NCBI GenBank assembly: GCA_965285935.1
Contig: OZ260664.1
Coordinates: forward strand, 41,726,001 to 41,790,000
DNA: 64,000 bases
Reading direction: 5' to 3'
Source of the DNA: Ophelia neglecta
Lineage: Eukaryota
Shown here: in pieces, positions 50,284 through 63,049 of the stretch
Numbering within the stretch: position 1 is the first letter of the stretch
Layout: every line of letters starts with the position of its first letter
Made by a program: the position numbers and the translations under genes
Notes under the pieces: model-generated
What the model was told of the DNA's origin: nothing
What the model saw: only the letters and a program-made list of their open reading frames with translations
Databases searched by the model: none

Positions 50284-53072
50284 CATAACGACAAGTTTTA
50301 AGATGGATGGCATAAAACTTGCATTTATCAATTAATAAGCTATAATTAGGTTCTTAGTGAGATGCACACTGTCAATTTGGCATAATGTTAAAACCATGCT
50401 GCTGTAGTGCCATGTTCACATGACTTAGCCGTGGGTAGGGACATTGTGATTTCAATAACTGGACTCGGTTGAGGTTGAACAAATAAAGAGGGTGGAGATC
50501 GCCATGATTGTATACATGGTCTAGTACAGGTTCACATATTTGGTTTAGGACAGATTACATCGCCTTTCAAACATAGCGCCCCAGACGTTATATTGGCTAT
50601 TCGTTGCTCTTGTCCACCGATGAAACAGTGTCTGGCTTTATCTGTTTTTTTGGACCGCTCACAATTTTGTCGGGGCCAATCAGGAATTCGCCTCCGAAGA
50701 GTAAGCAGGTAATGTTCATATTTTCTTTTCATATAGAAATCGCTAGCTGGCTTTAGACTTTTAAACTTGCATGTTATGATATTTTTCAAATTATTTGCCG
50801 TTTACAATGGAAATGGGTTGTAGGTCGAGACATGATTATGACATCCACAAGTACGCATGCATTATCCGAGAGGTCTCCTAGTGACCGATTTTGAGGTTTT
50901 TAAATCATGAGACATGCTGTTTAAAAATAAGAAGGATCAAGTATAGCTCGAGATATTATCCAGCCTCTCTGTTGACTTATCTTCATGTGCTTGCACATCC
51001 ATTGAAGTCACAGAGAAGCGAGGTAGGTCCTCGGAGAAGCCCGCTTCCCTAGCTCATGTATTAGTATAATGAATTCATTTGAAGCCGGTAGCCCACATAA
51101 AGAACTCAGTTTGCTCATGAGTTGTGAAGATGGCGATACACACTTCAGTTGTGAGGAATGCGAAAAACAAAGCCCAAATTGCAAATCTTATAAGCCCAAA
51201 TTTACTACTACAGCAGCCGATTTAACTCATAGCGGCTCATGAACATTTAAAGACGCTGCGGGGTAAAGATTATTTATATAGTCCAAATTATTACGAAGTG
51301 AATTATCAAAATCTTTTTGAGAACCCTCATTTCTTTATATCACCCCAAAGGGCAAGTCATATGTCATAGAACCCCCTAAAGGCTAGGCCTACTGCTCAAT
51401 TGAAAACCGGTCAATATTTGATTTGTATGTTTACGCGGGGAATATCCATATTATATTGTACATGCAAACTTTGTTAGTAATTTAAAAAATGAACCTTTTT
51501 TGCACTACACGTTGTCAGGTACAAGGTGCAGGTATCAGATAGTTTGAGAGTAACAATTACAGCCGAGCCTAGCTCTCTGTTAGTATTCAGCTGATAAGTG
51601 AGGCAATTGGGATTAAAGTCGCTTAACTTTTATACTACTACGAAACCTGTACAGCCAATCACCTATTTTAGACCGATTAGACTTGTTTTGAAATGCTAAT
51701 TTTTTCAAAAGCTTGATTTCAATGTCGTTTTGGCCGAATACGACGCTAGCATTTGCTTAAGGATTATACACCCGATTGCCCCCCTCCCCACCCCAACCTT
51801 CCCCGAGGCGGCCGTTTTTCGCTCATTTTCTGAATATTGCACATCCGTGAAAAGAATTTGACTATTTGACTGACTCGTGCAGAACTATGGGCCCGTTATA
51901 TGGCTATTTACCTATTACCTGCTAGATAACAGCGCAAAAGTTTGGCAGGTTTGATCTTCAGTCCTGAAGGGACTAAAGAAATGATGTATGTTTAATTCAT
52001 ATGCAAACACTTAGGGAGACCGTTATTACACGTGTAGTTATTTAGAACAATATGCCATCTACCTTTATACTTGTTAGGCCCACGACTCTTCAGCGCATGA
52101 ATCTCCTGAGATAAAAAAAAATGGCCTAGACTCAACCAGGAAAACGGAACTATTGGCTTTTTTTACCGAGAAGCTCCGCAGGCGACCCTGGAGGAAAACG
52201 TTAACTGGAGCCGTGACCTGCAATAAGTTAAACAACTTTAATTGCCAAATATGAAGAAAAAGAAGTGAAGCAAGAGCTACTTGCTGGAGGCATCCCGCCT
52301 TTAATTTTCGCTTCTTCCTAGCTAAAACATTATTTATTCCTAAATGTTAAAAAATATATAATTTGCTTATGGGAAATATTCCAAACAATTCGTTCATCGG
52401 AGGGAATCCAAAAAACTTAAACTTGGAAATTACTTTTGCTTACCGACGCCCTCTGAACAAATAAGTTGGATTAAAGAAGAAGCTGTTTCAGGAATTGTCC
52501 TCGAAGGGGGTGGGTCGGTCTGGATAACAGGCAACCTTTTTCAGACACCTCCCCCCCCCCCCCACACACACACAGACTACTGGAAAAACTTTCCTAAGAA
52601 TCATCTCGCCTAGGACACAAAAAAACCGAGAACCCACGCCTCCCGGAAAAGCTTTGTGCAAGGAACCCCTCCCCCCCCCCTCCCAGCCTGGACAACACTC
52701 CATCCCCTAGACAACCCCAAACAACTGGTTCTAAATTTTCGGATGCAAATTACCCCACTCCCATCCCAGGATAATTTTTAGGCAAAACCAGCTACCCCCC
52801 CCCCCCCCCGCGGATATTCTTAACCCTTTACCTCTCGCCGGTAGATGTTGTCCTTGTCAAAATAGGGGTTTATAGCTACATTCAAGGCTTGGGTATAATT
52901 ACCGGCGAACAGATTTGTGCAGTGAAAGTGGAGGATTGTGTTGAATTTTTGAAAATATCGGGCTTTAAACTGAGAGATGCCTGTCGGACCCCATGCAGGA
53001 GTCCGTTCCCTTTTTATTTTTATATAGTATATAGTGACTCTATATGGGGGATTTTCAGTTTTAAAAGGCCCT

Positions 53073-53223
53073 GTGGTATAAAACCTGTGAATTAAGATCA
53101 CTAAAGTGACTTGGAAATACTGGTCTGATTTCGGAGGTGATCTTTTCAGACAGGTTTATAATGATAGAGTATAGTAAGGTCTTCATACTAGTGGTCTGAA
53201 TTGGCAGGTGGTCTGATTATCAG
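53073..53223. mobile_element. MITE remnant (AAACCTG start; iterated GGTCT/CAGGTGGTC)
   Basis: Iterated AGGTGRTCT and CAGGT motifs resembling the 1350 and 57090 segments. Confidence 0.45.
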
Positions 53224-56200
53224 CAACATGGATTGAGCAACCGCATATTGGCGGGCCCAAAAATGGTGCTTGCGTTTAAAGAAAAAGTGTGTATACGTTA
53301 GGCCTATATTAAAATACTCTTCTATGATGGATGTATATCAAGTGAAGATATAAACAACCACTCGCGATTCCTCATGATAATATATAACCATAATTATTTA
53401 TTTTGCTCTTTCATAAAGGGTAATTCGCTCTAATTAAGGCCCCTTTTAATCTTCTTGCCTCTCGTAGTTGTATTATTTCTGGAATAAACGCTTATTAAAA
53501 AAAGAAATCTCACGCAATTCCTTGCTCTTTACAGTTATAATCTATATCCTAATACAAATGATTCCCAAGGGTTTGAAGAGAGGGAAGTCTAAGTATTAAA
53601 TCCGACTCGTTCCGGACCGAAGTCAGGTCCCGTGGTACCTATGTCCGGCCACGTCTTGTCTTAATCCGACCCTTTTCTTAAAGTTCCACTTATCGGGACT
53701 TAATGGTATATGTACGAATGAACGAGGTAACCCTAACACGTGGGGCGTTTATTTCTCCTACTTGAACTGCTTGTTTAATATATATCATGGGTCCTATCAG
53801 CAAATATAAACTCGAAAAATAAAATCTATTTGCTCACAAAGTGATGCCAAACCATTGTACACTATTCCTCGTGTCCACTTAATTGACAGTGACTTCTTGT
53901 ATTGTGGTTCTGGAGGTTTTTCCGTTTTACCTGTTTAATAACTAAATTTGGTCTAAATAAAGATGGGGGGGGGGGGGGGAGTAATGGCTTATAACTATTG
54001 CGCCTTGACAAGCCAAGCATTGGTTAACACAATAGTTCATGGAACTTTTGCTTTGTAAATTATTCACGGACATTGGCCTATGGACCAACTCCAAAAAACG
54101 CCTCATCATTGTCATGTAACTTTGTAGAGGCCAGACGTCGGCTATTGGACGTATATAAGCCTATATTGTATAAGCCTCATTATATTTAATTTGTGTATTT
54201 TTCACAAATATATTATTTCGTTTTTTCTTAATAAAAAAAAATTATTCCATTCAAGTGCACCTGTCAAATTGCAAATTCACCAAACGGGCCTTTTAAAATT
54301 TAATTTTTGGCGCAAACTTCTCAGTTAAGATCTCAATCTTCTCGAACTGTATCTTGCTCAAGCGGCGGAGCAAATTATTGGCTGCGTTCTACATACTTTT
54401 TCTCCAGCTCCAATGAGGTATTCCCTGGCCAGTATCTTCATTACAAATTTGGAGAGAAGTTGTCGATGTTTTTTTCTTTGGTTTTTTTTCAAACAACTAA
54501 ATCTAATAACGACGGCAAAGAACCAAAAAACTGATTAAACGTTAACAGAAAAAGGGGCGGGTTATAATTAACATCTGATTATGCTGACTTTTTGTAAATG
54601 TGTTAAATTGTACATCGTGGTGGGGAAAAATAGCGAAAGCATTTTATTGCAACATGGCAATATAGTCTTATCTTGAAATAATTGTTATTATATTTGCAAT
54701 AGGGCGATCCTGCCAAGACATTGATAGCGCCATGACAAGCCTCAGAACTAGTTGTAATGCTAACACCCAGGAAACCGAGGTTCGAGTGGAAACATTTGCA
54801 CTTCTTTCCGTTTTCGCGATATAACCTATATTGACGCTATACCGAAAAAATAGTTACTAATACGGTGTTTCATTTTCCTGCCTACGTTCATCACCCTTAA
54901 ACGTGAAACGCGATTCTCAAACGACTGAACTAGAGCCATTTGAATTGGTTAATTGTGTATAAATAAAAATAAACAAATTTGACACATATTTCAGCTATAA
55001 ACCTAAGTAGTTCATATGGCATTTCTGATTGTGTAATAGGTTTTATCTCATATCCAGGGCAATAACAATAAAAAGGTAAGGTTTTGTTATAAAATTAATA
55101 CCATTAAATATGCTATCAAACAAACAAAATATTTTTTAAGTAATTTAATTCTATAGATAAAAATCCATGTGTCACTCTGAACATTGTTAAAAGCTTATGC
55201 AGACGTTTCACATTAAAGACAAGAATGTCTGTCCGATCCATTGTCTATTTTATATGTTGACTGCATCGGATTTCATGAAAACTTTGCCTTTATCAAGAAA
55301 CATGCATATTAATTATAATTTTACAAGTAATAGCTTTATAAATCTTCTTAACATATTTGTCTGTGTTCATGATATTGTTCACCGTACACGCCATTGATTT
55401 CGAGTCCTGATCTTGGTCACTGCGCTCTTTTCAGTTAAACATTCTCATAACTGGAAGAACAACGAGCGATCCAAAGGTCAAAATAATCCAAGGACGAAGA
55501 AAGCAATTTAGGCGTCAGGCCTATTGTTAACCAATAGTCTGCGTTCATTGGTAAAGCGTCAAATCTTGTCCCGAGTAGTTTTACCCTAGTGTTTTGAGTT
55601 TGGGCATCTTTTCATCCAGGGTACTTAATTGTCTTATCGTAATCGGCGAACAGCCAGTTAGTCTGCATGGACTGCTTGTGTCAGGTAATGGTTTTATAAG
55701 GATAAAACAGTTCCATTTTATCATCTAATCAGTCGCATGGTCCTTAAGTATGCAAATATATAGGGGTCAGGGGTCAGTTCAAGGGTGTCACAGAAATTGA
55801 ACGTGGTCAGCAGTATCTGCAAAGGGTATTATGCACTTTCCGAATTGGTTGAACTAAGCAAAAAATGTTCTTAGCTACATTTCCAACCACACTACTGCCA
55901 CCCTGCTGCTAGGCATAAATTTTGGCTTCGAATGTTTTTAAATTCTACACGATTGGACACTTTATAACGGCCGTAAATAGGAATACATATGGCATATTCT
56001 GCTCTGGAAGTCACACACGCTTACTACTTAAATCCAAGTAAAGGGATTAAATCTCACCCTCGTACTACTTGATGGAGAAGCATATTGGCTATGTATAAAC
56101 TAACCACTTGCCAAATTCTGCAAACACTTTATATTGCATATAAATATTAGGGTTTTTTTTCACGCGTTTCTAAATAAGGCCCAGCTTGCAACATCATACG

Positions 56201-57089
56201 AAATGAATTTATTTCTTAAATCACCAAAAATAAATAAATTTAGTTAGTGATAGTTCCAACTTACAAGTTTCTCACGAAGGAGCAGCACTGTTAAACGGCA
56301 ATATGCATACTGTTACAAACGATTACAAATCAAATTTCCAAGAAGTACCTAGTTTATTTAATCTTTAGGCGAATTACATGCTGTCATTTGTTCCATATAA
56401 TAATGTTCTGTTTGAATTTGTTTTGGACACATGCGCCTAAAAATTTTCTTGAGTATATGATTGTGCGCAGTGTGTGTGTGTGGGCATAGTTGTGCGCTGC
56501 CACGAATTGATAATACTTGTTCGTTGTGGCGTGCGGTATTTGCAGCAAATCCTTATTTTATAAAGCTAAACTTTTAATTGCTTGTAAATTGACCACATTA
56601 ATAATGCTCTCCTTTTACTTGAAGATAATAAACATATGATGATAATGATAATATTGATGTGTATTGATGCCTAACTATGACAGATGCTACACGGTTACTG
56701 TTGGAAAATAGGCTTTTGACTTTGTGGCAAAGGCGAGACATTTTGAATGTATTGGACTCTTTCATCTAATTCACCCAACTCGCTAGCTGTGCTACCGTTA
56801 CCTCGCCAGCGTAGCCTACGTCACATCTACTTCCGCCCGCTACATATAGGTTCTCTCTTTTGGGAAGCTGCTTCTATCCATTCATTAAAACACTTTACCA
56901 AATCCTGACACCGGTCGTTTTAATAAACCTGAAATGAGTCTTTCGGGATTCGAAAGCTAGTTTCATTTTTTTTAACGTCTTTAGTAACCATTTATTGATG
57001 ACTTGATGGATTAAAATGGTGGAGTACGATATATTAATAAATACGTGTTGATATGTATTTAGTTGATAATGTGATAGGTTTCTATTCAA

Positions 57090-57226
57090 AATAACAGGTC
57101 TGCATATACAGGTGATCTGATTACACAGATTATTTTACATTGAAATGGTACACTATGTTCTTCATAGTATTAGTCTGGCAGGTACTCTGAATATAGAGAT
57201 GGTCTGTAAGGCTGGTATCACTGTAA
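57090..57226. mobile_element. MITE remnant ending in ...CACTGTA (Tc1/pogo-type end plus TA)
   Basis: CAGGTGATCT and GAGATGGTCT iterations with a terminal CACTG-TA. Confidence 0.45.
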
Positions 57227-57638
57227 TATGATGAAGGAAGTGCCTAAAATCGTGCACAGAAAAGCAAAATGTCCTGTGGTTCGTGGTGGTTCGCTGGTGG
57301 AGATTACGACGTAAAGCCCCTTTAATGGTCTTTGTACAGGAACCAGTATGGCCGCTATGTATTAAACAAGGGAGGAATGTTGATAGGTAGCACAGCTATT
57401 TATGCAGCCCAGTTGGATTCCATCCTATTCCTCCCATTCTATTTACACGCCTCGCCATGCTCCATGCTAGTCAGCCCCTTCGGCGCTTGATATTAGAACG
57501 AACAAATAAAGAGATTGATTCCAGTGCAGTGGTTCGTAGGGATTTTTTTCCGATTTCTCGGTCGTTGCATTACTTGTTTTTCGTTCCCTAAACATTTTGG
57601 GCACTAATTGTCTTTTAATTATTTCGCGATAGGAGTCG

Positions 57639-58725
57639 TTATGTCCACAAAAATTTAGCGTTTTCGAGTAAAAGAGCAAGCTTTTCATTCCAAGGTTTGT
57701 AGAAACTTTCAAGGCTTCTCCTGGTTTCAACAAGCATATCATTTAGAGCTGTCGCGTTGTTTACCAAATAACGGTGACTTGCAGTGTTCTCAGCAGGAGT
57801 TCTGTTAATTTCATTCTCCGTCGTTTGATCTAGAGGTTTCAATCTAAGAAACTTTATTATTTCTTTCATTTCCTCTGCTCTGTTTTCGAAGAAATCTTCA
57901 GCTTTAATAACATGAACTTGTTTTCTTGGGAAAATATTAAACAGATCGTTTAAATACCCGAAGTATAAACTTCTTCGGGGATCATAAGCCTGTTTCAGCG
58001 GTTGATTTGTATTTGGGTACATGCAATAACACAATGTGTGATTTTGTAAACACATCCTAAAACGTACGATTTGCTCTGTCACGACTGTATGGAAATGGCG
58101 GGGAGACTGTGAAGACAATGGTTTGGTATATTGCTTGTAGCTTGAATAAAGTCTCTCTACCGGATTTCTCAGCATAAGCAATAGTTTGACATGCGGCACC
58201 ACAAGTCGCAAGGCATGGAGCTGACGAAAATAATCCTTTTGACCCTTTCGATAAGGGCGATTAAACGAGAATAATAATCCTTCCTCCTGCTCGACGATGA
58301 TGTTAGGATGGTACTCCTTACCAGTCGAACAAACACGCGTGAAACTTTTGGAGATCCGATAAGCAGGGTAGTCATACATATCAATGTAGTGTCTCAACGA
58401 CATGTGTTTGTCTCGATTGAATTCCATTTCTCTGAGATAATGTAGTGTGCTCGAACCGGATACTTGCGGATGCGCCAATAATGTTATTCTTAGGTCCGAG
58501 GTACCACTTTTCATTACGCCAGCAATATACACATAGGGTAAGCATCTGGTCCGCCTTCGTACCCCAGACTTAAAAAGCGAGGAATATATGACTTTCATAT
58601 CCGTCAATATTTTGGTATGTGCAGGTCTCGCCCGTGAGCCGTTACGGTAAGGATTTAACTCGTATAATTTGCTAGGTTCCGGCAAAGTCTCGAGCCAACA
58701 AGGGTTTTTATACCGTGGCAAAAAT
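57639..58725 (-). CDS. Sulfotransferase catalytic-domain exon
   Basis: Acceptor ttaattttag| at 58726; 369-aa ORF with PAPS-binding motifs; TAA stop at 57639. Confidence 0.92.
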
Positions 58726-59767
58726 CTAAAATTAATAAAAACATACATTTATTTATGATAACATAAAACGTCGATTAACAATAAATCCACCTACGCCCAA
58801 TACTGGCCATGGGACACACATGTCTCTCGTAGGGCGCTGCTGTGTATTGGATTGATAAAAATTGATAATGAATTTGTTCATATTGACCGATGAGTATTTG
58901 ATGTGCTCATATTCACAAATCCATTACATAATGTATCCTAGTGGAATTAAGCTTCTATTCTCCATTGCGGGGGGTTTCAAAATTATCAGTAAAATGATTA
59001 GAAACAGAAATCCGTGATCTCTGTAAGAATTCATGCATTAATTATTCGTTAATCAGTAAAATAATCTGCGTGTTAATAAAAGTTACCGATTAATTCGTTT
59101 AAGATTCAGACCACTATTAATAAGAATGTCATATTTATTAGTTTATCCGTACAAAATAAGAATAAAATCATTCCCCCTTAATTTAATACAGGGTTTATTA
59201 TGATGTTACCTGTGGACGGAGCCGCGAAGTGAATGGAGTATTTCGTCTGAAACTTTGAGATAGCTGACGACAGATTCCCAGGAGAGATTCCACTTGTGTA
59301 TCAGATGTCGGCTATCTACCATCAGAGACATGCTGTCGTCTGTCAGGTTGTCAGGGTAACAGGTGTTTGTATACAGCACACGGGGGTGTATTAACCTCTC
59401 AGAACCATACACACGTACTACTAAGATAAGAGACGGGACATACTATATTCAAATCAATTTCTGCCTGTTCATATATGAAAATAAAAAAGGCATAATATAT
59501 AAGCACGTTAATTTACGATATACCATATTAGGACATAATTGGTGCTTCGTGATTTGAAGCATAAGCAGGACAATAAGAATGACCTCACATCCATAACAGG
59601 TCTAATTGTTATATTCTTTGACGGTGAAGAATAGACAAAATTAATCTACCTTGTTCAGTTTGGACCTCACTTGCCCGACGGTAAGAAACAGATATTACCA
59701 GGAACATGAAGAGCAGAAGTAGACCCATCATCACAAGGGGGACATTCCAAGCCCGGAGGCTTGTCGT
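57639..59767 (-). CDS. Carbohydrate sulfotransferase 15-like (GalNAc4S-6ST family) type II Golgi sulfotransferase; join(59767..59650,59420..59210,58725..57639); 5' end uncertain
   Basis: Three exons join in frame with GT-AG junctions (phases 1 and 2). N-terminal hydrophobic anchor LVMMGLLLLFMFLVISVSY; FLPRYKNPCW; RCLPYVYIAGVMKSGTSDL (5'-PSB); MLRNPVERLYSSY (3'-PB); C-terminal FYKPWNEKLALLLENAKFLW, all typical of CHST15-like proteins. The start is either the in-exon ATG at 59731 (459 aa) or an unidentified upstream exon. Confidence 0.88.
59210..59420 (-). CDS. Sulfotransferase stem-region exon
   Basis: Acceptor cttatcttag| (tandem TAGTAG); donor CAG|GTAACA; 211 nt, phase 1 to phase 2, joins both neighbours in frame. 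Confidence 0.78.
59650..59767 (-). CDS. Sulfotransferase signal-anchor exon
   Basis: Acceptor ttttgtttccag|; donor AAG|GTAGAT; encodes a hydrophobic transmembrane segment. Confidence 0.75.
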
Positions 59768-62123
59768 CTGGAAACAAAAGACAAAATCTACATACACCTA
59801 ACCTTTTACGCCGATTTCCTCTCTGTTGGAATATTTGACAATGATCTCTCGAATGTATTTCGAAAACAAAATTGAGATAAATACAATATTTAAACCTTTT
59901 ATCTTTGGTAAGTTGACGGACACTCGTCAGTAGTAAACACTGTGAGTAGTTTTGTCCTAATACGTCTTATAGTCAGAAAATAGAGCTAAAAGTGGGAAAG
60001 TCAGGTAACCGTGTACCGAGGGAGCGTTTGGGACGGGTGTGGTTGTGTATATAAAAAAAATATGACAAGTTCATAGTAGTATTTTTGCTAAACAAGATAA
60101 TGGACATTTCTACTAATACAATTGCCCAACAAACTTCATTTTGCCTGAGGCTGCATGTGGCTAGATATTTCATAACAGGCCCCCTGTCTATATGTCCAAA
60201 TAGCAGCTATTTCCGAATCTAAGAAGGAGACGCATTGTTATGAAAACCCAGGTTATGCATTATTATGTGCACTTATGTATCAAAAGGGCGATATGCATGC
60301 AGTTATAGAAGTATACAACAATTGGGAAAAATCTATTAAGCATACTTAAATCAGACAAATGCTTTCAGAATCATTAATCCGTTAGTCACTCACAAATGGT
60401 TTAAAACGGTCTATCTACATTATTGATGCTAACGTTAGTGATTTGATAATAAGATTGCAGTTGCCTTTAACCCTGTGAAGGATTGTCGTGGCATGCATTA
60501 AAATTAGGAAACGCATTGCTCTAATACATAATTGAGTTAGATAATTATATGCACCGTTTTGTTTCTATGTTTTTACGTTTTCAAACACGGGTGAAATGTA
60601 TGTATGGTTTGGATTGAAGACAAGGGAATAATAACCTTAAAGCAAAACTGTTTGATTCTAGAAGTCAGTATTATGCCTATAACGTCCTGAGGGACGCGTT
60701 ACTATGTAATGCCCTTGTAATGAGATTAAAAAGACGACATACAATCAACTTCATATCCTGCCTTCATATCCAAAGTTATTTATAAATAACTCCAAAGTCA
60801 TTTGCCAGTAAAATATCCGGCGTACCAAAACAATGTAAAACGCCGTTAGCACGTCAATGTGGTTGTGCATGGGTGTGGAGGGGTATTGTCAGGGAAGGAA
60901 ATATACAGAAATGCGGTTTTTTATTATCAAAATGTATTCATTTCGGTCAATAACACTTACGGTGCAAACTTAAATATAATTCGCTACTATATAATAATCA
61001 ATTAATAATATATAAGAATAAGTATTGTTTAACTCCTACACCCACTTATTCAAACGTTAATTCATAATGTATATCAAGTCGCTAAGTTACCATTTATATA
61101 AATATAATGAAGAAAATCACAGAGTTAAAGTTATTCATATGCGATATTATTGACACAATTGAATAAAGGACGGAGTGTCAATAGGAGCTGACCCTACATA
61201 CGAATATGGTTAACAAACTGATATTGTATTTAATATGAAGCCTTGTGTGCGGAATTTTATTGTGCAGATATTCCCTATGCCTGACTAGTCTCACGAAACA
61301 AGAAAAAAGAAGCAGCCCCCCCCCACCCCCCCACCCCCAAAAAAAAGAACCCCAAACGAACCAATCATTCTGAGGTATGGATTTATTGGACTCGCTAACG
61401 GTGTCGATAGGAAACCATGGCATTTTGGACAATTCTGTTAGTTTGGTCAAGATCACAGAAGCGAAAGCTTGAGCTAAATGTTTGTTGGTCAATTTATTTA
61501 ACCGAATTGTTACAATAAGCATAGAGCAGAACGAAAAGACAAACAAAAATATCGATAAGTAGTTGGCCATACCACATATAGAGTTTACATGTGAAAAGGC
61601 TCCCCCGTAATTATGGCCATTCAATTGCTGCTTAATGACCTCTAGTAAATCAAATGAGACGCCGGTCGGCCTCGGCCAATCCAGATCGGCCTACAAGCGA
61701 GTCGAGGTCGAAGTCGGGCAATTCAAGCTGCAAGAGTTCCTTATCCAAACAGTCAGGGCAATGTTATGGTATTCACCAGGACTATAAAATGTTTCGGCAT
61801 CATGAAGTTGGTCGTGTAAAGCACAGACGATGCTTTCCTGGGACCATGACAATCAGTAAATGTAGGTGCGCCTACAAAAATAACCCCTAGGCCTATAGCT
61901 GTATACCCAGTAGCTAAGTCGTTATCCAGAATATTCCATTAAAACTGGTCCGGAATCTGCAGGAACCCTCAACTGCATGCCAACAAACACCAATTCCCAG
62001 ATCCCTAAGTTTGTAACGAATTATTTCAAATCTTTGTTTTGTTATCACTAGCATTTAGAGGTATTCGGCGTTTTTTCATGATAAGATTTAGAGCCCAGAA
62101 CGAACGAGTAAGTGGTGAACACA

Positions 62124-62441
62124 GGACAAGACGAAATATGCCCTGTGAGAGTCTAAGATGGACTATACGAAATATGCCCTGGGAGAGTCTACGATGGACT
62201 AGACGAAATATGCCCTGGGAGAGTCTTCGATGGACTAGACGAAATATGCCCTGGGAGAGCCTACGAGGGACTAGACGAAATATGCCTTGGGAGAGTCTAC
62301 GATGGATTAGACGAAATATGCCCTGGGAGAGTCTACGAGGGACTAGACGAAATATGCCCTGGAAGAGTCTACGATGGATTAGACGAAATATGCCCTGGGA
62401 GAGTCTACGAGGGACTAGACGAAATATGCCCTGGGAGAGTC
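62124..62441. repeat. 36-bp minisatellite (AGACGAAATATGCCCTGGGAGAGTCTACGATGGACT), about 8.8 copies
   Basis: Direct tandem periodicity of 36 nt. Confidence 0.96.
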
Positions 62442-63049
62442 CATGAATGAATTTGATATTTACACGTCTCCCTCTACGCCTTTACCTTCCATAAACAGAC
62501 ACATGCTTGTTTAATCATAGCATTAAAGCATGACGATGTTTGATTTTAAAAATCCATATGTTATTTCTATAACCTGTTGATGGACAAAATAATTGTACAC
62601 CTATTTAATACCAGAGGTAAGCTGACAGGAAACACGATAGCTTGAATCCTACCTTCATCTCCAAAGTAATGTCATGTAGGAAATTGCTAGAAGTTATCTT
62701 TTAACCAACCCAAGTGAATACACCAAATATGGAAAATGCGGCTTTAAAGTAGCTCTTCGAATATCCGTTTAGGCCCTGCTTCAATCCAGGACAGGTGTCC
62801 TATCCACCAGTTGGTCGAATGAAAATAGTTCTAGAGATCTTCTACTGCAGAAACACATTGTTTGCCCCGGTCGACGCAGAGTAGTTTTGTGGTGAAAGTG
62901 CTATATCGCACTTCGACGTTAAAAGAATTGTGATGTGACCTGGAAAGAACTGGAAACAAACAAGCTTTGTGAGCAAATGATTCAGAAATAGTCTCTTGTC
63001 ATTCAAATAGCGGACCGTGGCAGTTTTCATTGGATTGTACAATATTGAC

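Noticed and set aside
62039-62446. 135-aa repetitive ORF
   Set aside because: Arises from the 36-bp unit length being a multiple of 3; non-ATG start and no family resemblance.
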